From contig OX597842.1 in assembly GCA_951406725.2 (NCBI GenBank), positions 13,454,001 through 13,518,000 on the forward strand: 64,000 nucleotides of DNA. The letters are read 5' to 3'. This DNA comes from Octopus vulgaris (taxonomy: Eukaryota). Within the stretch, counting starts at the first letter, position 1, and each line of letters begins with the position of its first letter. The notes under the pieces are model-generated. The model ran no database searches, had not been told where the DNA came from, and saw only the letters and a program-made list of their open reading frames with translations. The position numbers and the translations under genes were made by a program. Shown piece by piece: positions 12,008 to 31,237 of the stretch.

Positions 12008-12111
12008 CACGCACATACATACGTACATATATACATACATACACACATACATACATACATATATACATACATACATATATACATACATACATATATACAT
12101 ACATATATACA

Positions 12112-12143
<32 letters not shown>

Positions 12144-12555
12144 CGCGCACATACATACGTACATACATACATACATGCATGCATGCATACATACATGGAT
12201 GCATATACACGCACATACATACATACATACATACATATATACATACATACATATATACATACATACATATATACATATATACATACATAGATACGTACAT
12301 ACATATATACATACGTACATATATACATATATACATACATACATATATACATATATACATACATACATACATATATACATACATACATATATACATATAT
12401 ACATACATACATACATACATACATATACACGTACATACATACGTACATATATACATACATACATACATACATGCATGCACACATACATACATACATATAC
12501 ACGCACATACATACATACATACATACATATACACGCACATACATAGATACATATT
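11957..12555. repeat. (TACA)n degenerate microsatellite at LINE 5' side
   Basis: Directly visible. Confidence 0.95.
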
Positions 12556-12967
12556 ATATATATATATAAATTAAATTAGAGATAAAACCACTAGTAGGCA
12601 AATCAAACAATGAAAAACTAAACCAAAACATAAAACTAAACATAATTAATATATTGTACAAAATATATAAAATATAAAATTTAAAACTTAAATTATTTAA
12701 ATTTAAAATTTTTAATTTATATTTAAAAAGAATATATATAACTGTCAAAAAGTATTATATATATATACATAATTAGTCTATCTGTTTTCTATGCATTCTA
12801 CTATCATCTGATGTTTCTTGATTACAGGGAATTATAATTATAACCATCGACACCTACTGTATGATTGCAAGAGATAATGCACTTGGTGTTTTATATCTCA
12901 TTCCGGTTACGATACGCTTCTTTTACATCACATCCACACAAATTCAATGTATATAAATTTAACATAG

Positions 12968-14240
12968 ACGCAGGAGTGGCTGTGTGGTACGTAGCTTGCT
13001 TACCAACCACATGGTTCCGGGTTCAGTCCCACAGCGTGGCACCTTGGGCAAGTATCTTCTACTATAGCCATGGCCGACCAAAGCCTTGTGAGTGGATTTG
13101 GTAGACGGAAACTGAAAGAAGCCCGTCGTATATATGTATATATACATAGGTGCAGGAGTGGCTGTGTGTTAAGTAGCTTGCTTACGAATCACATGGTTCC
13201 GGGTTCAGTCCCACAGCGTAGCACCTTGGGCAAGTATCTTCTACTATAGCCATGGCCGACCAAAGCCTTGTGAGTGGATTTGGTAGACGGAAACTGAAAG
13301 AAGCCCGTCGTATATATGTATATATACATAGGTGCAGGAGTGGCTATGTGTTAAGTAGCTTGCTTACCAACCACATGGTTCCGGGTTCAGTCCCACTGCG
13401 TGGCATCTTGGGCAAGTATCTTCTACTATAGCCATGGCCGACCAAAGCCTTGTGAGTGGATTTGGTAGACGGAAACTGAAAGAAGCCCGTCGTATATATG
13501 TATATATACATAGGTGCAGGAGTGGCTGTGTGTTAAGTAGCTTGCTTACGAATCACATGGTTCCGGGTTCAGTCCCACAGCGTGGCACCTTGGGCAAGTA
13601 TCTTCTACTATAGCCATGGCCGACCAAAGCCTTGTGAGTGGATTTGGTAGACGGAAACTGAAAGAAGCCCGTCGTATATATGTATATATACATAGGTGCA
13701 GGAGTGGCTATGTGTTAAGTAGCTTGCTTACCAACCACATGGTTCCGGGTTCAGTCCCACTGCGTGGCATCTTGGGCAAGTGTCTTCTACTATAGCCATG
13801 GCCGACCAAAGCCTTGTGAGTGGATTTGGTAGACGGAAACTGAAAGAAGCCCGTCGTATATATGTATATATACATAGGTGCAGGAGTGGCTGTGTGTTAA
13901 GTAGCTTGCTTACGAATCACATGGTTCCGGGTTCAGTCCCACAGCGTAGCATCTTGGGCAAGTATCTTCTACTATAGCCATGGCCGACCAAAGCCTTGTG
14001 AGTGGATTTGGTAGACGGAAACTGAAAGAAGCCCGTCGTATATATGTATATATACATAGGTGCAGGAGTGGCTGTGTGTTAAGTAGCTTGCTTACCAACC
14101 ACATGGTTCCGGGTTCAGTCCCACAGCGTAGCACCTTGGGCAAGTGTCTCTACTATAGCCTCGGGCCGACCAAAGCCTTGTGAGTGGATTTGGTAGACGG
14201 AAACTGAAAGAAGCCTGTCGTATATATGTATATATATATA
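12968..14240 (+). repeat. 7 tandem copies (~182 bp) of SINE A 5' half
   Basis: gcaggagtggct at ~12970, 13152, 13334, 13516, 13698, 13880, 14062. Confidence 0.92.
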
Positions 14241-14539
14241 TAAGTTCAGCAACAATTTAAATTCAAATGAATATGGTATTTAATTTAGATGCATCAGAAT
14301 TTTGTATGGTGCTATCCATAAAAATTTGCAGGGTGATTATAATAAAAAATAAGCAACAAGAATGACTCCGGTAATTTGGTACAATTGTTTCGCACTACAA
14401 CATTTTATTAAAAGTTTTATTAGTTTTTTTGAATATAAATTGTGTATGATTCTTCTGTAATTCATATGTTTAACGTATTGGGAAATAGCAGATGACAATT
14501 GGGGTTATATATGAAACGTAAGGGCTTGGGTTATTTTAC

Positions 14540-14943
14540 TTTACTCTTTTACTTGTTTCAGTCATTTGACTGCGGCCATGCTGGAGCACCGCCTTTAGTC
14601 GAGCAAATCGACCACAGAACTTATTCTTTGTAAGCCCAGTACTTATTCTATCGGTCTCTTTTGCCGAACCGCTAAGTGACGGGGACGTAAATACACCAGC
14701 CTCGGTTGTCAAGCAATGCTAGGGAGACAAACACAGACACACAAACACACACACACGCATATGTATATATATATATATATATACATACGACGGGCTTCTT
14801 TCAGTTTCCGTCTACCAAATATACTCACAAGGCTTTGGTCGGCCCCTAGGCTACAGTAGAAGACACTTGCCCAAGGTGCCACGCAGTGGGACTGAACCCG
14901 AAACCATGTGGTTGGTAAACAAGCTACTTTACCACACAGCCAC
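14540..14943 (-). mobile_element. SINE A, near full length
   Basis: Reverse complement of SINE A head, (TA/TG) middle and tail. Confidence 0.9.
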
Positions 14944-15382
14944 ATTTTACTTTATTTTATACAAGTTTTTCTCATTGTGATTCCAGGTTCAAGTTCTGGT
15001 AATAAAACAGATGTTGGAACAGCAGAGAAGAGAACATAATTAAGAATATAAAAAAACGAATGTCTTTGAGAATCTTCTTTTCTTCTTATATTACATTAAA
15101 CATGCTTGCATAAAAGAGAACTTCATTTTTATCTATCAATACAACACTACGAAGCTTAGACACTTTATAAACTGCAATGTACTTTAAACCTTCTTATTTT
15201 CTGTAACTCACAAAATCTAACATCATTTGATTTGTAATTCTATAGATATTTTCTAACTGCCAATTTTCACTACTAATTTTCAAAATAATCTTTAACTTTT
15301 ATTAACGAAGAAATAAATGTGGTTTCTTAATACAATATGTTTTGTTTTTATTTGAAACATCTTTATATTCTGCCCTAGGTTC

Positions 15383-15660
15383 AAGGCGGCGAGCTGGCAG
15401 AAACGTTAGCACGCCGGGCGAAATGCGTAGCCGTATTTCGTCTGCCACTACGTTCTGAGTTCAAATTCAGCCGAGGTCGGCTTTGCCATTCATCCTTTCG
15501 GGGTCGATTAAATAAGGAACAGTTACGCACTGGAATCGATATAATCGACTTAATCCGTTTGTCTCTCCTTGTTTGTCCTCTCTGTGTTTAGCCCCTTATG
15601 GGTAGTAAAGAAATATGTATTTCGTCTGCCTTTACGTTCTGAGTTCAAATTCCGCCGAGA
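15383..15660 (+). mobile_element. tRNA-derived SINE family B
   Basis: aggcggcgagctggcagaaacgttagc...gagttcaaattc...catcctttcggggtcga...gggtagtaaagaaata. Confidence 0.85.
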
Positions 15661-15763
15661 GAGAGCTGAAGTTGTCTGTGTATGGCAGGTTTGGTAGCCT
15701 TCAACTAACACTATCTCCTCTGAGACCCTTGTGGTGCAAGTTGACCAAAATTGAGAGTATGAT

Positions 15764-15795
<32 letters not shown>

Positions 15796-16358
15796 CTAAT
15801 GTCGTCTGGGTACGGCAGGTTTGGTAGCCTTCAACTAACACTATCTCTTCCAAGACCTTTTTCGTGTACACACACACACACACACACAACCAGCAGCAAG
15901 ATAACAATCAGCTTTGTTAAGATATGAGTCACCAGAAATAAATGGAAACACCTGAAGTAAACTGATATTATCAAATGATACGACGACACCTGACAAGTAA
16001 ACGATCCCATGGGTTAAACAATATTGTCAAATGATGCCAGCTCACTCTAGAGGCCAGTCACGCTGTCCATTGATGTTATTCAAGATAATATTGGCTTACA
16101 CACTCTGCTCTCATATTCAGTTCTGAAACAATGAATTTCTAACCTGTTTCTTTATTTTGGGTTTGTTGCAAATATTTCGAGAAATTTTATCCTCATTTGA
16201 AATGTCAGACAGAACGTTGTATAAGTAAATTTAAAGCTGGTGGTGTGTGTGTGTGTGTACTTACATGTACACACACATATATATAAACATGCATATACAT
16301 AGACATATGCACACACACATGCACACGTATGTATAATATATACATATATATACAGACA

Positions 16359-16413
<55 letters not shown>

Positions 16414-16452
16414 TACACATTTAACAACTGACAACTATCTGCTGCTGTCTGC

Positions 16453-16490
<38 letters not shown>

Positions 16491-16708
16491 CTCTCACACC
16501 CTCCCTCTCTCTCTCTTACACACTCAGTATCTCTCTATCACTTCTTTTCTCTCTGTCGCACTCTTTCAATTGCAATCACTCTTTTCCTTTATCTCTCTCC
16601 GTCTGTTTGCACACCACATTGACAGGTGTTCACGTATATCTATGTACGTACAGATATATATATACATATATATATGTATGTATGTATATATGCATATATC
16701 TATGTATG

Positions 16709-16801
<93 letters not shown>

Positions 16802-16864
16802 TTATGCATGTATATATTTGTATGTATGTGTATATATAAATCTATATATGTATGAACATATATC

Positions 16865-17255
16865 TCTCTTTTACTTGTTTCGGTTATTAGACTGTGGCCA
16901 TGCTGGAGCACCGCCTTTAGTCAAGGAAATCGACCCCAGGACTTAAGTTTTGTAAACCTAGTACTTATTCTATCAGTCTCTTTTGCCGAACCACTAAGTT
17001 ATGGGTATGTAAACACACCAGCATCAGTATTCAAACGATGTTGGGGGACAAATACAGACAAACAAACATACAGAGACACACACACATATATATATACACA
17101 TGCATATATACGACAGGCTTCTTTCAGTTTCCATCTACTCACAAGTCTTTGCTTAGCCCGAGGTTACAGTAGAAGACACTTGCCCAAGGTGCCACGCAGT
17201 GGGATTGAACCCAGAACCATATGGTTCATAAGCAAGCTACTTACCACACAGCCAC
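16865..17255 (-). mobile_element. SINE A (diverged)
   Basis: Similarity to other copies over its full length. Confidence 0.85.
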
Positions 17256-17289
17256 ATGTATGTATGTATATATGTATGTGTATATATAT

Positions 17290-17615
17290 ATCTTCTTGTT
17301 TTTTTTCATCATCTTTTAAATGTTAGGAATATCTTACAGATTTCATCGTTCTGGATATTGTGCTAGAATTAAAGCATTTCCTTCGTCCCCCAATACCCCC
17401 AGTTCAGCTATATTTCACTCCTTATTGGTTGGTACTTATGCTATTGCTCAAATAACAGAAGGGAGAAATTTATCTTGGGTACGGGATTTGCAAACACATT
17501 ATCAGTCGTTGATAGACGTTTGCATTCTCTTGTACTTTTGTAGCCATATTGGTCAGCATAAGACTGTTGATTTCTATAACAGAACAGGTCGTTTCTTTTT
17601 GCTTGATTATAATAT
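17290..17615 (-). mobile_element. Decayed 3' fragment of a restriction-like-endonuclease LINE (R4/Dong/NeSL-type)
   Basis: Minus frame HIIIKQKETTCSVIEINSLMLTNMATKVQENANVYQRLIMCLQIPYP resembles the PD..(D/E)..K..EK..Y RLE region; flanked by microsatellites. Confidence 0.45.
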
Positions 17616-17679
17616 GTGTGCATGTATGTATGTTTGTATGTACTTACATATAAGAGTCGAAAGTGTATGTATGCCATAC

Positions 17680-17932
17680 GGTGACATAAACACACCAGCA
17701 TCGGTTGTCAAGCAATGGTGGGGGGACAAACACAGACACACAAACATATACACACATACATATATATACATATATACGACGGGCTTCTTCCAGTTTCCGT
17801 CTACCAAATTCACTCACAAGGCTTTGGTCGGCCCGAGGCTATAGTAGAAGACACTTGCCCAAGGTGCCACGCAGTGGACTGAACACAGAACCATGTGGTT
17901 GGTAAGCAATCTACTTACCAAACAGCCACTCC

Positions 17933-17935
<3 letters not shown>
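17680..17935 (-). mobile_element. SINE A (5' two-thirds)
   Basis: Similarity to other copies. Confidence 0.85.
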
Positions 17936-17995
<60 letters not shown>

Positions 17996-18024
17996 GTGTG
18001 TGTGAGTGTGTGTCTGTGTGTGTG

Positions 18025-18060
<36 letters not shown>

Positions 18061-18221
18061 TGCGTGTGTGTGTGTGTATATGCATATGTATGTGTGATGG
18101 ACGCTCCAATTGAAAACAACATACAAGCATCCATCTTTTGCCCAAAGGTCTGCAGAAACAATTCCTTTACAGTGATGAAATGTTCATGCTGTACTTTCAC
18201 TCACTCTACCCATCAAATACA

Positions 18222-18275
<54 letters not shown>

Positions 18276-18432
18276 TTATATCAAATTAGAGACAAAACCA
18301 CTATTAGGCAAATCATACAATTAAAAACTTAAGCCAATACATAAGATTATTTAATTTATATTATTTAAATAAATAACAAAATTACTTCAAAATTACTTCA
18401 AAATTACTTCAAAATTACTTCAAAAATTACTT

Positions 18433-25615
<7,183 letters not shown>

Positions 25616-25639
25616 TATTCATAAAAAAAACAACAACCG

Positions 25640-25782
25640 GAGGATCGAACAAGAGTTGTCTTCCCTAGTTTAGGACTAACGCATGCGCATTATGAATATG
25701 TCAATTTCCTCATTTGGCGCCTTATTTTCTTTACACCCACCCCACGCATTGTTGATAACAATATCCTGTACTAAACATTTGT
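25640..25782 (+). promoter_or_regulatory. Putative promoter and non-coding first exon of ZF gene 1
   Basis: Unique sequence with NRF1-like acgcatgcgca (~25679) and a GT|gtaagt donor at 25783; matching acceptor tttccAG at 30928. Confidence 0.5.
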
Positions 25783-26094
25783 GTAAGTATTTTAGTTTAA
25801 TTTAGTCTTTAATTTGTTTATTAAGATTAATGAAAGTAAAAACGTCTGGTTCTGCCTTAGTTTTCTCTCATTATTGAGGCTAAAACATCCGTTTTTCACC
25901 CGAAGCTATTAACGTTACTACTCAGACATCGATATTAACTGTTTCATTACATTAAGAATGCATGTTTCTGTGATTAGTTAATTTGCAGTCTAGATTTAAT
26001 AGACATCGTCAATGGGAAACCTTTTAATGCTGTTAGTCTGGCGATATCGGCTCAAACAGACATAGACATACACACTCCAACATTCATACATATA

Positions 26095-27110
26095 TAAAAA
26101 TGGACCTCTTTTAGTTTCCGTCTACCAAATCCTAATCACAAGGTTTTGGTGAGCCCAGGGCTATAGAAGTTACTGATACTACTTAAGAAGAGTGGTCCCA
26201 GTGCGCGCACTCGCGCTAGCTAGTCGTGACTAGTCGATCCTTACTTTGTGTTTTTGTTTTATAAAAATTATTCATTTTGTGTTAGAAATGTAAACAAAGC
26301 CACTTACGGTACCTATACCGAAAGATCGCCAATTATTTATTTTGTGTTTTATTTACTTTGCTAGGTAGTCGTAGGATGGACTAGTCACGACTAGCTAGCG
26401 CGACTACGCGAGTGCTCGCACCGGGACCACTCTTAAATAGTACCTAAAAATGGTCTTCTTTTAGTTTCCGTCTACCAAATCCTAATCACAAGGCTTTGGT
26501 GAGCCCAGGGCTATAGAAGTTACTGGTACTACTTAAGAAGAGTGGTCCCGGTGCGCGTACACGCTAGCTAGTCATGACTAGTCGATCTTTTGTGTTTTTG
26601 TTTTATTTACTTTGTTTAAAAAATTATTTTGTGTTATATTTACTTTGCTAGGAAGTCGTAGGATCGACTAGTCACGACTTAAGTAGTACCTAAAAACGGT
26701 CTTCTTTAAGCTTCCGTCTACCAAATCCTAATCACAAGGCTTTGGTGAGCCTGGTACTATTTAAGAAGAATGGTCCCGGTGCGCGCACTCGTTTAATCGT
26801 CACGACTAGCTAAAACGGACTTTTAGTTTCCGTCTACCAAATCCAATCACAAGGCTTTGGTGAACCCAGGGCTATAAAAGTACCACTTGAGAACAGTGGT
26901 CCCGGTGCGTGTAGTCGCGCATCCGCGCTAGCTAGTCGTGACTAGTCAATCCTACAACGACTACCTAGCAAAGTAAATAAAACACAAAATAAATAATTTT
27001 TTTTAAAACAAAGTAAATAAAACAAAAACACAAAGTAAGGATCGACTAGTCATGACTAGATTACGCGAGTGCGCGCACCGGGACCACTGTTCTCAAGTAG
27101 TACTCTATAG
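26095..27110. mobile_element. Cluster of foldback MITEs (GGTACTA...TAGTACC) alternating with duplicated SINE A fragments
   Basis: Long CpG-rich inverted arms gtggtcccggtgcgcgcac...gctagctagtcgtgactagtcgatcc at ~26176-26444, 26525-26690, 26753 (partial), 26879-27103. Confidence 0.8.
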
Positions 27111-27342
27111 AATTTACTTTCCTTAGGTGCCCTGGAGTGAGTTAAAACCGCGACCAATGTGGCTGGGGAAACAAATTTTGTAACCTCACGCGTATAGGCA
27201 TAACTACAGATATGTACCCCACTCTCGTCGGCTTCGTTGCCTCATAACTTGCAGAGAAATAGGCGCTTTTTTTTTGTTTAAGCGTGACAGCTAAAATATA
27301 TTTAATAAGAAATTATCTGTTCCCGAATCCTTTGATCAATAT

Positions 27343-27477
27343 ACTCTTTTACTTGTTTCAGTCATTTGACTGCGGCCATGCTGGAGCACCGCCTTTAATC
27401 GAGCAAATCTACCCCAGGGCTTATTGTTTTGTAAGCCCAGTACTTATTCTATCGGTCTCTTTTGCCGAACCATACGC

Positions 27478-27543
<66 letters not shown>

Positions 27544-27900
27544 GCGTGTGTGTGTTTCTGTGTCTGTGTTTGTCCCCCAAGCATTGCTTGACAACCGATG
27601 CTGGTGTGTTTATGTCCCCGTTACTTAGTGGTAGCCTTCAACTAACACTATCTCCTCCAAGACCCTGTGGCGCAAGTTGAGCAAAATTGAGAGTATGATA
27701 GAAGAAGGCTTGCTCTTCCTTCTGTGGAAGAAAAAATTCAAATCGGACCATGTTAACACCAAAAATTATTTACATCAAAAAGGTGATTTTTTTCTATGAA
27801 AGTCCCTATTTTTTACGATTTATTTACTGCTGTGTCGCCCTTTTTCTGTGTATTTCAACCAGAATAATGTTCGCTTAAAGAGAATAACAAGTTACATCAT
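27343..27900. mobile_element. Chimera: inverted SINE A tail, SINE A middle, Helitron body fragment
   Basis: Pieces match the respective families. Confidence 0.7.
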
Positions 27901-27944
27901 CATCGTTTAACATCCGTTTTTCCGTGCTAGCACCGTTACGGAAA

Positions 27945-28350
27945 ATGAGATTTTTTTCTAGAGGTGTCAAATGAAATTGTCACCCATAATTATGGCCCTA
28001 GTATCGATCTATTGCATTTCAATCTATTTTAGGGTTAGGTTTAGTTAGGGGTGGGGGAAGGGTATCTTTTTTTCTTCGCAAATGTAAATAAACCCAATCT
28101 GTTTCTTAAACGAGGGACATATTCATACGGCACAGAATGTTTTCACTCCAAATGGATGTATTTGATTGGTTAAAATTGCTGAAAAGCTCGATTTTAAAGT
28201 GGAAATATGTTACAACATATAGAATTTTCTCAATAAAGCCAAGAAAAGAAAGATGTTTTATAAACACATTCTACCAGTATACGAAGTTTAAAAGTGTTTA
28301 GTTAACTAGAAATTGTGTTGACATCTGCCGTTCAAAAGGAAAAAATCCCA
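27945..28350. mobile_element. MITE family with GGGATCTTTT...AAAAGATCCC ends and internal TTAGGG-like tract
   Basis: Further copies at 41220-41712 and 46234-47428. Confidence 0.65.
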
Positions 28351-28474
28351 GCTCTCCAACTTACCAGTTTCAGTTAAACCATCCAACCCATATCAGCATG
28401 GAAAGCGGGCATTAATCGTTAATAAACGAGCAGGGTGATAACGAACGTGAGTTTAGAGGGATATATTATCCCTG

Positions 28475-28815
28475 TGGCATTGGCAGAGCAGCCAACTGGC
28501 TCTGTGCTGGTGGGACGTAAAAGGGCACCATTCGAGCATGATCGTTACCAATGTCGCCTTACTGGCACGTGTGCCGGTGGCATGAGTAAAAAGATTCGAG
28601 CGAGGTCGTTGCCAGTACCGCCTGACTGGCCCCCGTGCTGGTGGCATATAAAAAGCACCCACTACACTCTCGGAGTGGTTGGCATTAGGAAGGGCATCCA
28701 GCTGTAGAAACTCTGCCAGTTCAAGATTGGAGCCTGGTGCAGCCATCTGGTTTGCCAGCCCTCAGTCAAATCGTCCAACCCATGCTCACATGGAACGCAG
28801 ATGTTAAACGATGTT
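28475..28815 (+). mobile_element. Retroelement family C (SINE or LINE 3' end with (GAT)n tail)
   Basis: gtgccggtggca..aaaagcacc modules, ggagtggttggc.ttaggaagggcatccagctgtagaaac, ccaacccatgct. Confidence 0.75.
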
Positions 28816-28929
28816 GATACAGACATATATCTATTTATACACACACACACTTTTTTATAACATACATGCATCATGAAAACGAATGGAAACATTAGATAAG
28901 TTTTTGTAGAAGTAGGTGTTTATTTTCAA

Positions 28930-30815
28930 AGGTAGCGAGCTGGCAGAATCGTTAGCACGCCGGGCGAAATGCGTAGCCGTATTTTGTCTGAGTTCAAATT
29001 CTGCCGAGGTTGACTTTGCATTTCATCCTTTCAAAGTTGATAAATTAAGTACCAGTTACGCCCTGTGGTCGATGTAATCGACTTAATTCATTTGTTTAGC
29101 CCCTTGTGGGTAATAAAGAAATAGGTATTTCATCTGCCGTTATGTTCTGAGTTCAAATTCCGTCGAGGTTGACTTTGCTTTTCATCCTTTTGGGTTTGAT
29201 AAATTAAGTACCAGTTATGCACTGGGGTCGAGGTAATCGACTTAATCCCTTTGTTTGTCCCCTCTGTGTTTAGCCCCTTGTGGGGTAGTAAAGAAATAGG
29301 TATTTCGTCTGCCGTTACGTTCTGAGTTCAAATTCCGCCAAGGTCGACTTTGCTTTTCATCCTTTTGGGGTCGATAAATTAAGTACCAGTTATGCACTGG
29401 GGTCGAGGTAATCGACTTAATCCCTTTGCCTGTCCTTGTTTGTCCCCTCTGTGTTCAGCCCCTTGTGGGTAGTGAAGAAATAGGTATTTCATTTCGCTTT
29501 ACGTTCTGAGTTCAAATTCCGCCGAGGTCGACTTTGCCTTTCATCCTTTCGGGGTCGAGGTAATCGACTTAATCCGTTTGTCTGTCCTTGTTTGTCCCCT
29601 CTGTGTTTAGCCCCTTGTGGGTAGTAAAGAAATAGGTATTTCATTTCTCTTTACGTTCTGAGTTCAAATTCCGCCGAGGTCGACTTTGCCTTTCATCTTT
29701 TCGGGGTCGATGTAATCGACTTGATCCATTTGCCTGTCCTTGTTTGTCCCTTTTGTGTTCAGCCCCTTGTGGGTAGTGAAGAAATAGGTATTTCATTTCT
29801 CTTTATGTTCTGAGTTCAAATTCCGCTGAGGTTGACTTTGCCTTACATCATTTCGGGGTTGATGTAATCGACTTAATCCATTTGTCTGTCTTTGTTTGTC
29901 CCCTGTGTGTAGCCTCTTGTGGGTAGTGAAGAAATAGGTATTTCATTTCTCTTTACATTCTGAGTTCAAATTCCGCCGAGGTCGACTTTGCCTTTCATTT
30001 TTTCGGGGTCGAGGTAATCGACTTAATCCATTTGTCTGTCCTTGTTTGTCCCTTGTGGGTAGTAAAGAAATAGGTATTTTGTCTGTCGTTACGTTCTGGG
30101 TTCAAATTCCGCCGAAGTCAACGCTGCCTTTCATCCTTTTGGGGTCGAGGTAATCGACCTAATCCATTTGTCTGTCCTTGTTTGTCCCCTCTGTGTTTAG
30201 CCCCTTGTGGGTAGTAAAGAAATAGGTATTTCATTTCTCTTTACGTTCTGAGTTCAAATTCCGCCGAGGTCGACTTTGCCTTTCATCTTTTCGGGGTCGA
30301 TGTAATCGACTTGATCCATTTGCCTGTCCTTGTTTGTCCCTTTTGTGTTCAGCCCCTTGTGGGTAGTGAAGAAATAGGTATTTCATTTCTCTTTATGTTC
30401 TGAGTTCAAATTCCGCTGAGGTTGACTTTGCCTTACATCATTTCGGGGTTGATGTAATCGACTTAATCCATTTGTCTGTCTTTGTTTGTCCCCTGTGTGT
30501 AGCCTCTTGTGGGTAGTGAAGAAATAGGTATTTCATTTCTCTTTACATTCTGAGTTCAAATTCCGCCGAGGTCGACTTTGCCTTTCATTTTTTCGGGGTC
30601 GAGGTAATCGACTTAATCCATTTGTCTGTCCTTGTTTGTCCCTTGTGGGTAGTAAAGAAATAGGTATTTTGTCTGTCGTTACGTTCTGGGTTCAAATTCC
30701 GCCGAGGTCGACGTTGCCTTTCATCCTTTTGGGGTCGAGGTAATCGACCTAATCCATTTGTCTGTCCTTGTTTGTCCCCTCTGTGTTTAGCCCCTTGTGG
30801 GTAGTAAAGAAATAG
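28930..30815 (+). repeat. SINE B head followed by ~12 tandem ~150 bp SINE B bodies, with a 590 bp higher-order duplication
   Basis: gttcaaattc recurs 12 times; sequence from 29641 repeats from 30231. Confidence 0.9.
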
Positions 30816-31237
30816 GTGTTTATTTCCATAATTAATCTGTATAGAAAATGTTGAATGTTGTATCTCCACTTATTATATCCCCATCCATATCTCACACTGC
30901 TGTTTCTTTGTTCTTTTTCCATTTCCAGATCTCGTTGTCAAAATTCTTTCCATGAATATTTCTCGTTTGTTAACGATTGAAGTAACCTGTCTAAGCCTGC
31001 TTCTATGAATCTGAGGTAAAATTACACCCAAAGAAATTTCCATCTGCTGACATTTTCAGCAACATTTTTCTTTTCACTGTTTGGAATTTTTATAAGAGGA
31101 TTCTGCTTTCTTTTGGAGTTTGGATTACCAAGGAGCTTGCGGCACCGTCTTCAAATATTGACTGAGAAAAACAGTTAATGGTAGAATAAAAGAAATATAT
31201 AAAGGATATAATATAAAAACTTAAAGAAGAAAACAAC

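Noticed and set aside
12828-15039. Candidate orphan C-tail exons (12828-12858; 14987-15039 xSSSGNKTDVGTAEKRT*)
   Set aside because: Plausible acceptors but no recognisable homology and no TM2-7 exons to link them.
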